64,000 nt of DNA from Vicinamibacteria bacterium (GTDB lineage Bacteria > Acidobacteriota > Vicinamibacteria > Vicinamibacterales > CAVVIG01), in NCBI GenBank assembly GCA_041485905.1, contig JBGPKK010000002.1:4484-68483 (forward strand), written 5' to 3'. Position numbers and translations under genes: made by a program. The notes below the pieces were generated by a model. It was not told where the DNA came from. It was given only the letters and a program-made list of their open reading frames with translations, and did no database searches. This document shows positions 1-8,646 of this stretch, piece after piece; position 1 is the first letter of the stretch; every line of letters begins with the position of its first letter.

Positions 1-142
1 CAAGGAACTGCATCAAAGCGGCGCGACCATCTGCATGGTGACGCACGATCCGCGCTACGCGCGGCACGCCGACCGCAGCATCCACCTCTTCGACGGCCGC
101 ATCGTCGAAGAGCCGCTGGAGATGGCTACTCTCACGCAGTAA
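1..142 (+). CDS. ABC transporter ATP-binding protein, C-terminal fragment (5' end outside window)
   Basis: Frame 2 reads KELHQSGATICMVTHDPRYARHADRSIHLFDGRIVEEPLEMATLTQ*. The H-loop region (MVTHD) and tail parallel the C-terminus of the complete ATPase at 177-845. Stop TAA is at 140-142. Confidence 0.7.
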   Translation, partial: KELHQSGATICMVTHDPRYARHADRSIHLFDGRIVEEPLEMATLTQ

Positions 143-176
143 CAGCGGTTTCGGGTCCAGGGCTCAGTCGGCTGCC

Positions 177-845
177 ATGCTCATCTCTCTGCGCAACCTC
201 GAAAAGTCCTACCCGCACGGCGTTGGGCGGACCTACGTGCTGCGCCGGATCGACGCGGACATCAAGGACGGCGAGTTCGTGTCGATTATGGGGCCGTCAG
301 GGGCCGGCAAGTCGACGCTGCTGCACATCCTGGGCATGCACGACAGCGCCTGGGTCGGCGAGTATTACTTCATGGACCAGGCCGTGCACCGCCTGAATCC
401 GAAGCAGCGGGCCGAGCTCCACAAGAAGCACATCGGGTTCGTTTTTCAGAGCTACCACCTGCTCGACAACTTGACGGTGTACGAAAACCTGGAGATCCCG
501 CTGTCCTACCGGAACGTCAGCCGGAAGGATCGCCAGGGCATGGTGGCTGACATCCTCGACCGCTTCCGGATTGTCGGGAAGAAGGACCTCTATCCGAATC
601 AGCTCTCGGGCGGACAGCAACAGCTGGTCGGCGTCGCGCGGGCGGTGATCGCCAACCCCCAGGTGCTCCTCGCCGACGAGCCGACAGGAAACCTCCACTC
701 CGCGCAAGGCAAGGAGATCATGGAGCTGTTCCGCACGCTGAACGACGGTGGCACCACGATCGTTCAGGTGACGCATTCGGAAGTGAATGCGTCGTACGGC
801 AGCCACGTCATCCACCTCCGCGACGGCTGGATCGTTGACGACTGA
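177..845 (+). CDS. ABC transporter ATP-binding protein (MacB/LolD-type stand-alone ATPase)
   Basis: 222-aa ORF with Walker A GPSGAGKST, ABC signature LSGGQQQ, Walker B LLADEPT and H-loop VTHS. Confidence 0.9.
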   Translation: MLISLRNLEKSYPHGVGRTYVLRRIDADIKDGEFVSIMGPSGAGKSTLLHILGMHDSAWVGEYYFMDQAVHRLNPKQRAELHKKHIGFVFQSYHLLDNLTVYENLEIPLSYRNVSRKDRQGMVADILDRFRIVGKKDLYPNQLSGGQQQLVGVARAVIANPQVLLADEPTGNLHSAQGKEIMELFRTLNDGGTTIVQVTHSEVNASYGSHVIHLRDGWIVDD

Positions 846-883
846 AGAGCACGCCGGCTCGCAGATTCGTACGTACTCGCGTG

Positions 884-1336
884 TCAGGCGCCTGAGTGGC
901 CGAAGCCGCCGCTGCCCCTCGCGGTCGGCGGCAGCTGGGTCACTTCATCCCACGTCACGCGGACGACGGGCGCGATGACGAGCTGCGCGATCCGCATGCC
1001 CCGCGAGACGGTGAACGGCGTGCGTCCCAGGTTGATCAGCGGCACCCGGATCTCGCCGCGATAATCCGAATCGATGGTGGCCGGCGCGTTGGGCACGCAG
1101 ATGCTGTGTTTGACCGCAAGGCCCGAGCGCGGACGAATCTGACCTTCAAATCCCCTGGGAATCGCCATCTCGAGGCCGGTTGGGACGAGGCCGACATCGC
1201 CAGGATGGATGACCATGTCGCTGCCGACCGCGGCATGGAGATCCATCCCCGCAGCACCGTCGGTCATGTAAGCCGGCAACGAGAGGCCGTCAGCGGACGG
1301 CAGGCGTCGGATTGGCAGTCGGAGATCGGCGGGCAC
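884..1336 (-). CDS. dut: dUTP diphosphatase
   Basis: 150-aa ORF with dUTPase motifs [14 protein letters not shown] and C-terminal [10 protein letters not shown]. Confidence 0.9.
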   Translation of the reverse strand: MPADLRLPIRRLPSADGLSLPAYMTDGAAGMDLHAAVGSDMVIHPGDVGLVPTGLEMAIPRGFEGQIRPRSGLAVKHSICVPNAPATIDSDYRGEIRVPLINLGRTPFTVSRGMRIAQLVIAPVVRVTWDEVTQLPPTARGSGGFGHSGA

Positions 1337-1397
1337 GCGCGCATGTTACTCGACGTCGCTCGCCTCCGCTGAATCGGATCGGGCGCATAATGTGGGG

Positions 1398-2255
1398 ATG
1401 ATCAAAGAACTGTTCGTAGGCGCGGCGGTCGGCCTGGTCATCGTGACGGCGCCAGCAACGGTTTCGCTCCGCGCGCAGTCCCCACCCGTTGACGCAGAGC
1501 ACCCGGCCTTCGAAGTCGCGTCCGTCAAGACAGCCAGTGCGGGGAATCCGGGGGTGGCGATGCAAATTCAGGGTGGTCGGTATACGGCGACGAACATCCC
1601 GCTACGCAGCCTGATCATCAACGCCTATCGGGTTCGGGACGCTCAAATCCTGGGCGGGCAGAGTTGGCTCACTGACCGATTCGACATCGTCGCCAAGGCG
1701 GAAGGCAGCCCTTCTCCGGCGCAGATGCAGCTCATGATGCGGAGACTGCTCGCGGATCGATTCAAGCTTGTCGTCCACACGGAGACGAGGGACCTTCCGA
1801 TTTACGCGCTCGTCCTGAACCGGAGCGACGGCAAGCTCGGCCCACAACTTCGCACCGCAGCGGCCGATTGCACCGCTTCGCGCGGTCGCTTCACGTCCAC
1901 GGGATCTTCCGCGTCACCCCTCCAGCGGCCCACCTGTGGCATGACCATGAGCGGAGGCAATCTGATGGCCGGTGGAATCCCGATCGCAAACCTGGCGGCT
2001 ACGCTGTCCGGCTTCGTGAATCGAATCGTGCAGGATCGCACAGGGCTTACGGGCAACTTTGATTTGGATCTCCGGTGGACGCCGGATCAGCTCGGAACCC
2101 AACCGCCTGGGGCGGCCCCTGATGCGCTCCCGCTCGCCGACGGTCCTTCGATCTTCACGGCGGTGCAGGAACAGCTCGGGCTCAAGTTGGAATCAACCAA
2201 AGCCCCGCTCGACGTCCTCGTCATCGATCGTGTGGAAAAACCCACGCCAGATTAG
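1398..2255 (+). CDS. TIGR03435-like soil-associated secreted protein (function unknown)
   Basis: ATG at 1398 (the track ORF begins at GTG 1392). Hydrophobic signal-like N-terminus followed by an FEVASVK motif, which I recognise as typical of the Acidobacteria-enriched TIGR03435 family. Confidence 0.65.
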   Translation: MIKELFVGAAVGLVIVTAPATVSLRAQSPPVDAEHPAFEVASVKTASAGNPGVAMQIQGGRYTATNIPLRSLIINAYRVRDAQILGGQSWLTDRFDIVAKAEGSPSPAQMQLMMRRLLADRFKLVVHTETRDLPIYALVLNRSDGKLGPQLRTAAADCTASRGRFTSTGSSASPLQRPTCGMTMSGGNLMAGGIPIANLAATLSGFVNRIVQDRTGLTGNFDLDLRWTPDQLGTQPPGAAPDALPLADGPSIFTAVQEQLGLKLESTKAPLDVLVIDRVEKPTPD

Positions 2256-2266
2256 GTTGGAAGGAA

Positions 2267-2343
2267 TGGTCGGGACGCCGGGATTCGAACCCGGGATCTC
2301 TTGACCCCCAGTCAAGCGCGATACCAGGCTTCGCTACGTCCCG
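2267..2343 (-). tRNA. tRNA-Pro (anticodon GGG)
   Basis: 77-nt cloverleaf on the minus strand. Acceptor CGGGACG/CGTCCCG, D-arm GCGA...TCGC, anticodon stem CTTGA/TCAAG with loop CTGGGGG (GGG), T-arm CCGGG-TTCGAAT-CCCGG, discriminator A and encoded CCA. Confidence 0.9.
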
Positions 2344-2410
2344 ATTGGCCGATTGTACTCCGAAAGATTTCCGTCTCGCCGCGCTCTGCGGCCCCGGCCG
2401 TGTGATTGTC

Positions 2411-2950
2411 TTACGCTGACCGCTTCCGCCTCGACACCGGGCGCTGCCGGGACGGTGTGCTTTTCCCTCGTGCCGTCTGGACGGGGCGGCGAGCGATCCG
2501 CCGTGGCGGCGAAACTGTGTGCGTCGCCGCGCGAAACTCCCCGTCGCCCGATCGCGTGGCGAGCAGCTCGAGAATCGCGCGAAGGCCGCGCTTCACTTCG
2601 GTCAACCGGTACCGCGCGTTCTGACCGATCAGCTCGTCGAGCGGCGAATCTTCGGCGACCGGCGTCGCTTCCTCTTCGAGCCGGCGCCGCGCGCCGGCGA
2701 GCGTCAATCCCTCGACGAGCAGCAGATTCTTAATCCGTATCACCTGCTCGACATCCGCCCGCCGATACAGGCGCGGACCGCCTGCCGTTCTCGCGATCCC
2801 CAGGTGTGGGAACTCCGACTCCCATGAGCGCAGCACATAGGGCTGCACATGGACAAGCTCGCAGACCTCCGCCGCCTTGAAGAGCGCGCGTTTGGGAATC
2901 TCGATGTGACCCGGAACATCGGCCATCGCCGCAAAAGTATAGCCCACCAA
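2411..2950 (-). CDS. MerR-family transcriptional regulator
   Basis: 179-aa ORF. N-terminal HTH segment LFKAAEVCELVHVQPYVLRSWESEFPHLG...RLYRRADVEQVIRIKNLL is typical of MerR-type regulators. The real start may be the internal Met (MADVPG). Confidence 0.8.
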   Translation of the reverse strand: MVGYTFAAMADVPGHIEIPKRALFKAAEVCELVHVQPYVLRSWESEFPHLGIARTAGGPRLYRRADVEQVIRIKNLLLVEGLTLAGARRRLEEEATPVAEDSPLDELIGQNARYRLTEVKRGLRAILELLATRSGDGEFRAATHTVSPPRRIARRPVQTARGKSTPSRQRPVSRRKRSA

Positions 2951-2953
2951 ACG

Positions 2954-4372
2954 TCAGGCCCGCGACCGCTTCTCACGCGATCGCTTCTCGCGGCGCCGGC
3001 GAACCTGCACGCGGATCGGCGTGCCGAAGAAGTCGAACTCCTCCCGCAGCCGGTTGACGAGATATCGCTGGTAGGAGAAATGGAATGTCGTGGCGACGTT
3101 GGTGAAGAACACGAAGGACGGCGGGGCCACTCCGATCTGGGCCGCGTAAAGAATTCGCACGTGCTTGCGGCCGGGGCTCACGGGCGGGTTCGTGGCCGTG
3201 ACCGCCTCGATGAATTTGTTCAGGGCCGGCGTAGGCACCCGTGTGCGCCGCGACGCCGCCACTTTGTCGATCGTCTCGAGCACGCGCGGCGCTCGCTCCC
3301 CCGTCAAGGCCGAGATGTGCAGAATCGGCGCGTAATCGAGAAACTTCATCTGACGCCGCAGTTCATCATCGAACTTCTCCACGAATTTGGGACCCCGGCT
3401 CTTCACCAGATCCCATTTGTTCGCGACGATGATGATGCCGCGGCCGGCTCGATCGGCCTCGCCGCCGATGTGGGCGTCCTGATCCGCTACGCCGGTGTCT
3501 GCGTCGACGACAAGCACAACCACATCGGCGTCCGCGATGGCGCGCTTGGCGCCGAGCACGCTCACGAGCTCCACCGCCCCGCCCGTTCGCACGCGGCCGG
3601 TTCGACGCATCCCGGCGGTGTCGACGATACGGAAATGCCGCCGGTGCCACGTCAGCGGCGTATCGACCGCATCGCGGGTCGTGCCCGGCATGTCGCTGAC
3701 GAGCATGCGCTCGTCACTGAGCAGTCGGTTCACGAGCGACGACTTGCCGACGTTGGGCCGCCCAACGATGGCGACAGTTGTCTCTTCAAGGGCAGAGGGC
3801 AAAGGGCTCAGGGCAGAGGGGTCAGGGCTCACGGAGGACTGAACAGTTTGCCCTCTGCCCTCAGCCCTTAGCCCTTCGAGCCTGTCCACGATCTCGTCCA
3901 TCAGCTCCGCGACGCCCTGTCCGTGCTCGGCCGAGATCTCGAGCACCGGCTCGAACGCGAGCCGATAGAAGTCCATCGTCGCGTGAAGCGCGCGCTTGTC
4001 GTCGGCCTTATTGATGGCGAGGATCACTGGCCGATCGGCCTCGCGCAGCTCTCGGGCGATGGTTTCGTCGCCCGACACCAGTCCCTCTCGTCCGTCGACG
4101 AGCATCACCAGCAAATCGGCGGCGGCGATCGCCCGCTGACCGTGAATCACGACCAGGCCGTGCAGCGGATCCTCGCTCGCGCCGTAGAGACCACCGGTAT
4201 CGAACAACTCGAACGACATCCCATGCCAGACAACCGGACGCGCCAGCGCGTCCCGGGTTGTTCCCGCGATGGGAGCGACGATGGCTCGACGCGAGCCGGT
4301 CATTCGGTTGAAGAGCGTTGATTTCCCCACGTTAGGACGACCAACCAGCACGACGGTAGGGAGTTTGCGCAA
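2954..4372 (-). CDS. der: ribosome-associated GTPase Der (EngA)
   Basis: 472 aa with two tandem GTPase domains (GRPNVGKSTLFN and GRPNVGKSSLVN P-loops, two DTAG/DTGG motifs) and a KH-like C-terminus. Start codon is TTG at 4372. Confidence 0.95.
   Translation of the reverse strand: MRKLPTVVLVGRPNVGKSTLFNRMTGSRRAIVAPIAGTTRDALARPVVWHGMSFELFDTGGLYGASEDPLHGLVVIHGQRAIAAADLLVMLVDGREGLVSGDETIARELREADRPVILAINKADDKRALHATMDFYRLAFEPVLEISAEHGQGVAELMDEIVDRLEGLRAEGRGQTVQSSVSPDPSALSPLPSALEETTVAIVGRPNVGKSSLVNRLLSDERMLVSDMPGTTRDAVDTPLTWHRRHFRIVDTAGMRRTGRVRTGGAVELVSVLGAKRAIADADVVVLVVDADTGVADQDAHIGGEADRAGRGIIIVANKWDLVKSRGPKFVEKFDDELRRQMKFLDYAPILHISALTGERAPRVLETIDKVAASRRTRVPTPALNKFIEAVTATNPPVSPGRKHVRILYAAQIGVAPPSFVFFTNVATTFHFSYQRYLVNRLREEFDFFGTPIRVQVRRRREKRSREKRSRA
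3789..3882. repeat. low-complexity inverted repeat inside the der inter-domain linker
   Basis: GGGCTCAGGGCAGAGGG (3804-3820) is complementary to CCCTCTGCCCTCAGCCC (3851-3867) at 16/17 positions. GGGCAGAGGGC (3790-3800) is perfectly complementary to 3850-3860. Both arms are built from GGGC(A/T)(G/C)AGG-like units. Confidence 0.6.
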
Positions 4373-4391
4373 GATGAATTTAGCCTCAGCC

Positions 4392-4420
4392 TTGACAGCG
4401 TAAGTGCAACAATCTATAGT
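4392..4420 (+). promoter_or_regulatory. near-consensus sigma-70-type promoter for the IHF/HU gene
   Basis: TTGACA (4392-4397), a 17-nt spacer, then TATAGT (4415-4420). AGGAGA Shine-Dalgarno at 4435-4440 and ATG at 4450. Confidence 0.55.
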
Positions 4421-4449
4421 AGTTACAAGACCTCAGGAGACCCTAACCC

Positions 4450-4719
4450 ATGATCAAGGTCGACATTGTCAACGAAGTGTCGAAACTGGCCGATATCACC
4501 AAGGTCAAGGCCGAGGTGGCCGTCGACGCCGTCTTCGACGCGATGCGGACCTCCATGCAGCGCGGTGAGCGCATCGAGCTGCGTGGGTTCGGGGTCTTTC
4601 AAGTGAAGCCGCGCAAGCGCGGCATCGGGCGCAACCCGCGCACGGGCAAGGAAGTGCGCATCCCACCGGGCCGAACGATTCGGTTCAAACCGGGTAAAGA
4701 TCTGCAGAATATCGGGTAA
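4450..4719 (+). CDS. HU/IHF-family DNA-binding protein (IHF-like)
   Basis: 89 aa. The segment RIELRGFGVFQVKPRKRGIGRNPRTGKEVRIPPGRTIRFKPGK is the classic beta-arm of IHF/HU. Confidence 0.9.
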   Translation: MIKVDIVNEVSKLADITKVKAEVAVDAVFDAMRTSMQRGERIELRGFGVFQVKPRKRGIGRNPRTGKEVRIPPGRTIRFKPGKDLQNIG

Positions 4720-4720
4720 G

Positions 4721-5620
4721 TTGGATCCCGCTTCGCCCGACACTCCCCTCGTTCCATCCGCGTCGGAGACCGGCACCCACGTGGTGCCGCCGTACGAGGT
4801 GTGGCAGCCGCGGCCAAAGTTCCAGGACCGCGTCTGGCTCCACGTTCTGCTCTTCGTGCTCACCATCGGCACCACGTCGCTCGTCGGCGGGCTGGCCTAC
4901 AGTGCAACCATCCTGGCAATTCTCGGCTGCCACGAGCTCGGGCACTATTTCGCGTGTCGCTATTATGACGTTGACGCGAGCTTGCCGTATTTCCTGCCGG
5001 TCCCGATCACGCTGACCGGCACGCTCGGCGCGTTCATCCGCATTCGCGAGCCGATTCGCACCAAGCGGATGCTGTTCGACATCGGCATCGCGGGGCCGAT
5101 CGCCGGGTTCCTGGTCGCCGTGCCCGCGCTGTTTCTGGGGGTCGCGTGGTCCACCGTCACGCCGATTGCGCGCGACGGCGGACTATGGCTTGGCGAGCCG
5201 ATCCTCATAAAGCTCGCGTCGCGGCTGTTCTGGGGACAACTGCCCGACGACTACACGCTGCTGCTGCATCCCGTCGGCTTCGCGGCGTGGTTTGGCCTGC
5301 TTGCAACCGCGCTCAATCTGTTTCCGATCGGTCAGCTCGACGGCGGCCACATCTCGTACGCGGTCCTCGGCCGCCGCTCCACCTACGTGACGGTCGCGAT
5401 GATCGGGGTGACCCTGGGCCTGTCCTACCTGTCGGCGAGCTGGATCGTGTGGACGGTACTGATGGTCGGCATGCTCGTCACCTTTGGACCGCGACATCCA
5501 CGTACGGTCGATGAAGACATCCCGCTGGATCGGACACGCCTTGTCCTGGCGGCCTTCGCCGTCGCGATGTTCGTCCTCTGCTTCACGCCGGCTCCTATCG
5601 AACGACTCATCTCACGCTGA
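4721..5620 (+). CDS. site-2 protease family (M50) membrane metalloprotease
   Basis: 299 aa and polytopic. HELGH zinc motif plus the downstream NLFPIGQLDGGH motif. The start is uncertain (TTG at 4721). Confidence 0.85.
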   Translation: MDPASPDTPLVPSASETGTHVVPPYEVWQPRPKFQDRVWLHVLLFVLTIGTTSLVGGLAYSATILAILGCHELGHYFACRYYDVDASLPYFLPVPITLTGTLGAFIRIREPIRTKRMLFDIGIAGPIAGFLVAVPALFLGVAWSTVTPIARDGGLWLGEPILIKLASRLFWGQLPDDYTLLLHPVGFAAWFGLLATALNLFPIGQLDGGHISYAVLGRRSTYVTVAMIGVTLGLSYLSASWIVWTVLMVGMLVTFGPRHPRTVDEDIPLDRTRLVLAAFAVAMFVLCFTPAPIERLISR

Positions 5621-5653
5621 CGTAGACGTAGAGGCTGGGGCCACCCTCCGGGT

Positions 5654-7879
5654 TCACAGCACCGACATCGGATCGACGTCGACGACAACCCGACGCCCGA
5701 CGTCGGGCCGCTCGGCGATGACCCTCAGAACCAGCTCGCGCATCCGTGTGCGATTGGATCCCTTGACGAGGAGTTGCGCGCGGTATTCGCCGCGCAGCTT
5801 CCCGAGCGGCGCCGGCGCCGGACCCAGCACGCGCACACCCTGTTGGCCCGCATCCTTCCGCAGCCGCCCGGCGATGTCGGCTGCATCCTCCATCGCCCCG
5901 GCAAACGTGCGCGCGCGGACGATCGTGTTGATGATGGCCACGAGCGGTGGATAACGCATCGCCCGGCGGAACGCCAGCTCGCGCTCGTAGAACGCGACGT
6001 AGTCCTGTTTGCACGCCAGTTGAATACTGTAATGGTTGGGATACAGCGTCTGGATAATCGCCTCGCCCGGCTGCACGCCGCGGCCGGCGCGGCCGGCCAC
6101 CTGCGTGAGGAGCTGAAACGTCCGCTCGGAGGCCCGGAAATCGGCCATGCCGAGGCCAACATCCGCCGACACCACGCCGACAAGGGTGACGCGCGGAAAA
6201 TCGTGGCCCTTGGCAATCATCTGGGTTCCGACCAGCACGTCGATCTCGTGATTGCGGAACCGCGTCAGCAGTGACGCCAGCGCGCCTCTCCGGCGAACCG
6301 CGTCGCGGTCCAGGCGCGCGACGCGCGCGTCGGGCCACGCACGCCGGATCTCGGCCTCCACGCGCTGGGTGCCGAAGCCGGTCTGCTCGAGATACGGCCC
6401 TGCGCACAGCGGACACGCGTTGGGCACGCGCACCGAGTAGTTGCAGTAATGGCAGCGCGCCCGGCGCGCCGACCCTTCGCCATGAACGACCAACGACACG
6501 CTGCAGTTTGGACAGTCGAGCGTGCCGGCGCACTGCCGGCAGAACACTGCGGTCGCGAAGCCGCGCCGGTTCAACAGAACCAACGCCTGTTCTTCCCGCT
6601 CGAGCCGCGAGCCGATCCCGTCGGCAAGCGCCCGGCTCAGCACCACGTCCGGGCCCGCTGCCGCGTACTCTTCGCGCATATCGACCACCGTCACAGCCGG
6701 TAGCCGGCGATCGCCCACGCGGCGCTCGAGTACGATGCGCTCGTACCGGCCCGTCACCGCGTTGTGGTAGCTCTCCATCGACGGCGTCGCGGAGGCGAGC
6801 ACCACAAGGGCGTGCTCCCGCCGTGCGCGCACGATGGCCACGTCGCGGCCGTTGTAGCGTGGGCTTTCCTCCTGCTTGTACGAACCATCATGCTCTTCGT
6901 CGACCACGATCAGACCAACGTGTGCGAGCGGCGCAAACACGGCGGAGCGCGTACCGACCACGACGGTGACTTCGCCTCGGCGGATCCGTTGCCACTCGTC
7001 ATGACGCTCGCCGTCCGAGAGGCCGCTGTGAAGGATGGCGACGTGGGTGCCGAACGTCTGGCGGAACAGCGCGGCGGTCACCGGCGTGAGCGCGATTTCC
7101 GGGACGAGCATGAGCACGCGACGTCCGGCGTCGCGAACGGCAGTCGACAGACGGATATAGATCTCGGTCTTGCCGCTGCCCGTGACGCCGTGGAGCAACG
7201 CGACGCGGAATGTTCGTTCATCGGCGAGGCTGCGTAACCTCTCCAACGCCGCCGCCTGCTCGATCGTCAGCCGCCGATCGGGGTCCGACGGCGACAGATC
7301 GAACGGCGCTGCGAACGGATCGCGGTCAATCCGATCGTGGCGCAGGCTGACGAGGCCGCGCGCGGCGAGCCGGGACACAGTGTCCGAGGTGCTGCCTGCC
7401 GCCGCGAGTTCCGGCGTCGGAATGCCGTAGGGCGTTCCCGCGAGCAGCTCGAGGGCGATGCGTTGCCTGGGTGTCAGCGGTAAGGTCTCGGAACCAAGCG
7501 CCTCCAATCCGGCCGCCGTGATCGCGGCCATGCGCATCGTCTTGTGACCGCTGGCCCGCCCTCCGCGCGCCTTGGGAGGAAGGACCGCGGTGATCGTCTC
7601 GCCGGCGCCGGCGGCGTAGTACTCCGCCGTCCATCGCGCCAGCCCGACGACTTCAGGAGGCACGAACCCGTCCGCATCGAGCACGTGTCGAATCGGCTTG
7701 ATCTGCGATTCGTCCACGCCGGCTGACGACACGTCGACTTCCACGACGATTCCGGTGACGACCCGGCGGCCGAGCGGCACGACGACACGAGCGCCGATAA
7801 GCGGCGCGGAGACATCGGGCGGTACGCGGTAGGTCAGCAGATCGAGGGTGGGGACGGGGACGGCGACGCTGATCAGCAA
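5654..7879 (-). CDS. priA: primosomal protein N' (replication restart helicase PriA)
   Basis: 741 aa. Walker A GVTGSGKTE, DEEHD box, and a Cys-rich zinc-binding insert (CRQCAGTLDCPNCSVSL...CHYCNYS...CPLC). TTG start at 7879. Confidence 0.95.
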   Translation of the reverse strand: MLISVAVPVPTLDLLTYRVPPDVSAPLIGARVVVPLGRRVVTGIVVEVDVSSAGVDESQIKPIRHVLDADGFVPPEVVGLARWTAEYYAAGAGETITAVLPPKARGGRASGHKTMRMAAITAAGLEALGSETLPLTPRQRIALELLAGTPYGIPTPELAAAGSTSDTVSRLAARGLVSLRHDRIDRDPFAAPFDLSPSDPDRRLTIEQAAALERLRSLADERTFRVALLHGVTGSGKTEIYIRLSTAVRDAGRRVLMLVPEIALTPVTAALFRQTFGTHVAILHSGLSDGERHDEWQRIRRGEVTVVVGTRSAVFAPLAHVGLIVVDEEHDGSYKQEESPRYNGRDVAIVRARREHALVVLASATPSMESYHNAVTGRYERIVLERRVGDRRLPAVTVVDMREEYAAAGPDVVLSRALADGIGSRLEREEQALVLLNRRGFATAVFCRQCAGTLDCPNCSVSLVVHGEGSARRARCHYCNYSVRVPNACPLCAGPYLEQTGFGTQRVEAEIRRAWPDARVARLDRDAVRRRGALASLLTRFRNHEIDVLVGTQMIAKGHDFPRVTLVGVVSADVGLGMADFRASERTFQLLTQVAGRAGRGVQPGEAIIQTLYPNHYSIQLACKQDYVAFYERELAFRRAMRYPPLVAIINTIVRARTFAGAMEDAADIAGRLRKDAGQQGVRVLGPAPAPLGKLRGEYRAQLLVKGSNRTRMRELVLRVIAERPDVGRRVVVDVDPMSVL

Positions 7880-7885
7880 CTTGAA

Positions 7886-7975
7886 GAACTTAGAACTGAG
7901 AAGTTAGAACTGAGAACTTGAACGGACCACCACGGGCATTTTGCACTTACTTCTAAGTTCTAAGTTCTCAGTTCC
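7886..7975. repeat. unit-built imperfect inverted repeat between udg and priA
   Basis: The 14-nt unit TAGAACTGAGAA(G/C)T is duplicated at 7891-7918. Its reverse complement AGTTCTCAGTTC lies at 7963-7974, overlapping the last udg codons. Further AAGTTCT units lie at 7954-7962. Confidence 0.7.
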
Positions 7976-8646
7976 AGCAGGCCTTTGACCATCTTCATGT
8001 CTTCCCAGACCTCGCGCTTCGACGAGGGATTTCTGAGCAGATAGGCGGGGTGAAATGTGGGAATCAGCTTGGCGCCGCGATACTCGTACACGCGGCCACG
8101 CAGGCGCGAGATGGGATCGAGCGTTCTCAGCAGCGTCCGCGCCGCGAACGTCCCAAGCGCGACGATCACCTTCGGCCTGATGATGTCAATCTGCCGGAAC
8201 AGAAATGGTTCGCACGTGTCGACCTCGTCCTGCTCCGGGTTCCTGTTCTGCGGCGGGCGGCATTTGATGACGTTCGCGATATAGACATCGTCGCGCGTGA
8301 GGCCGATGGCCTCGATAATCTTCGTCAACAGCTGGCCGGCGCGGCCGACGAAGGGAATCCCCTGAATGTCTTCGTCCGCACCCGGCGCTTCTCCCACGAA
8401 CATCAGGTCGGCTGCTGGATTGCCGACGCCAAACACGATTTGTTTGCGTCCCAACCCATGCAGTTTGCAGCGCGTGCAATCGCCGATGTCCACGCGCACT
8501 GCAGAAAGCGCTTCCTGCGGTGACGCCAAAACGGAAATAAAAGGACTCCCGACCCCTTTTCTGCGCCACGCGGGATCCCGGCTCACGCCGGCGACGCCGA
8601 TCTCCTTCGCGAACCTCAGGTGTTCGGTGAGCTGATCGCGGTCCAT
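7960..8646 (-). CDS. uracil-DNA glycosylase, family 4
   Basis: 228 aa with [23 protein letters not shown] and HPAYLLRN motifs. N-terminal Cys cluster (CTRCKL) is typical of Fe-S family-4 UDGs. Confidence 0.9.
   Translation of the reverse strand: MDRDQLTEHLRFAKEIGVAGVSRDPAWRRKGVGSPFISVLASPQEALSAVRVDIGDCTRCKLHGLGRKQIVFGVGNPAADLMFVGEAPGADEDIQGIPFVGRAGQLLTKIIEAIGLTRDDVYIANVIKCRPPQNRNPEQDEVDTCEPFLFRQIDIIRPKVIVALGTFAARTLLRTLDPISRLRGRVYEYRGAKLIPTFHPAYLLRNPSSKREVWEDMKMVKGLLELRT

Noticed and set aside
846-883. Possible degenerate member of the hairpin plus CGTACGTAC REP family between the ABC ATPase and dut (GAGCACGCCGGCTCGCAGATTCGTACGTAC).
   Set aside because: Only a 4-bp stem and the tail-like CGTACGTAC are present. 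This is too weak to call without a genome-wide consensus.
884-895. Perfect 12-nt palindrome TCAGGCGCCTGA at the dut stop.
   Set aside because: It is simply the codons GHSGA* read on the minus strand. It is too short to be meaningful.
2256-2410. tRNA-Pro as an integration hotspot or genomic-island border.
   Set aside because: There is no integrase, no direct repeat of the tRNA 3' end, and no compositional shift on either side. The flanking genes are ordinary.
3848-3861. Exact 14-mer TTGCCCTCTGCCCT shared with 59599-59612 (the spacer between tannase T1 and the di-heme cytochrome), suggesting a dispersed GGGCAGAGGGCAA element.
   Set aside because: My rough estimate is that tens of exact 14-mer matches are expected by chance in 64 kb of this composition. 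The flanks do not extend the match, so I do not claim homology.
5621-5653. GACGTAGACGTAGAGG plus a GC-rich segment between the M50 protease and priA as another REP copy or terminator.
   Set aside because: The tail-like CTACGTC repeats are suggestive, but I could not draw a convincing stem.
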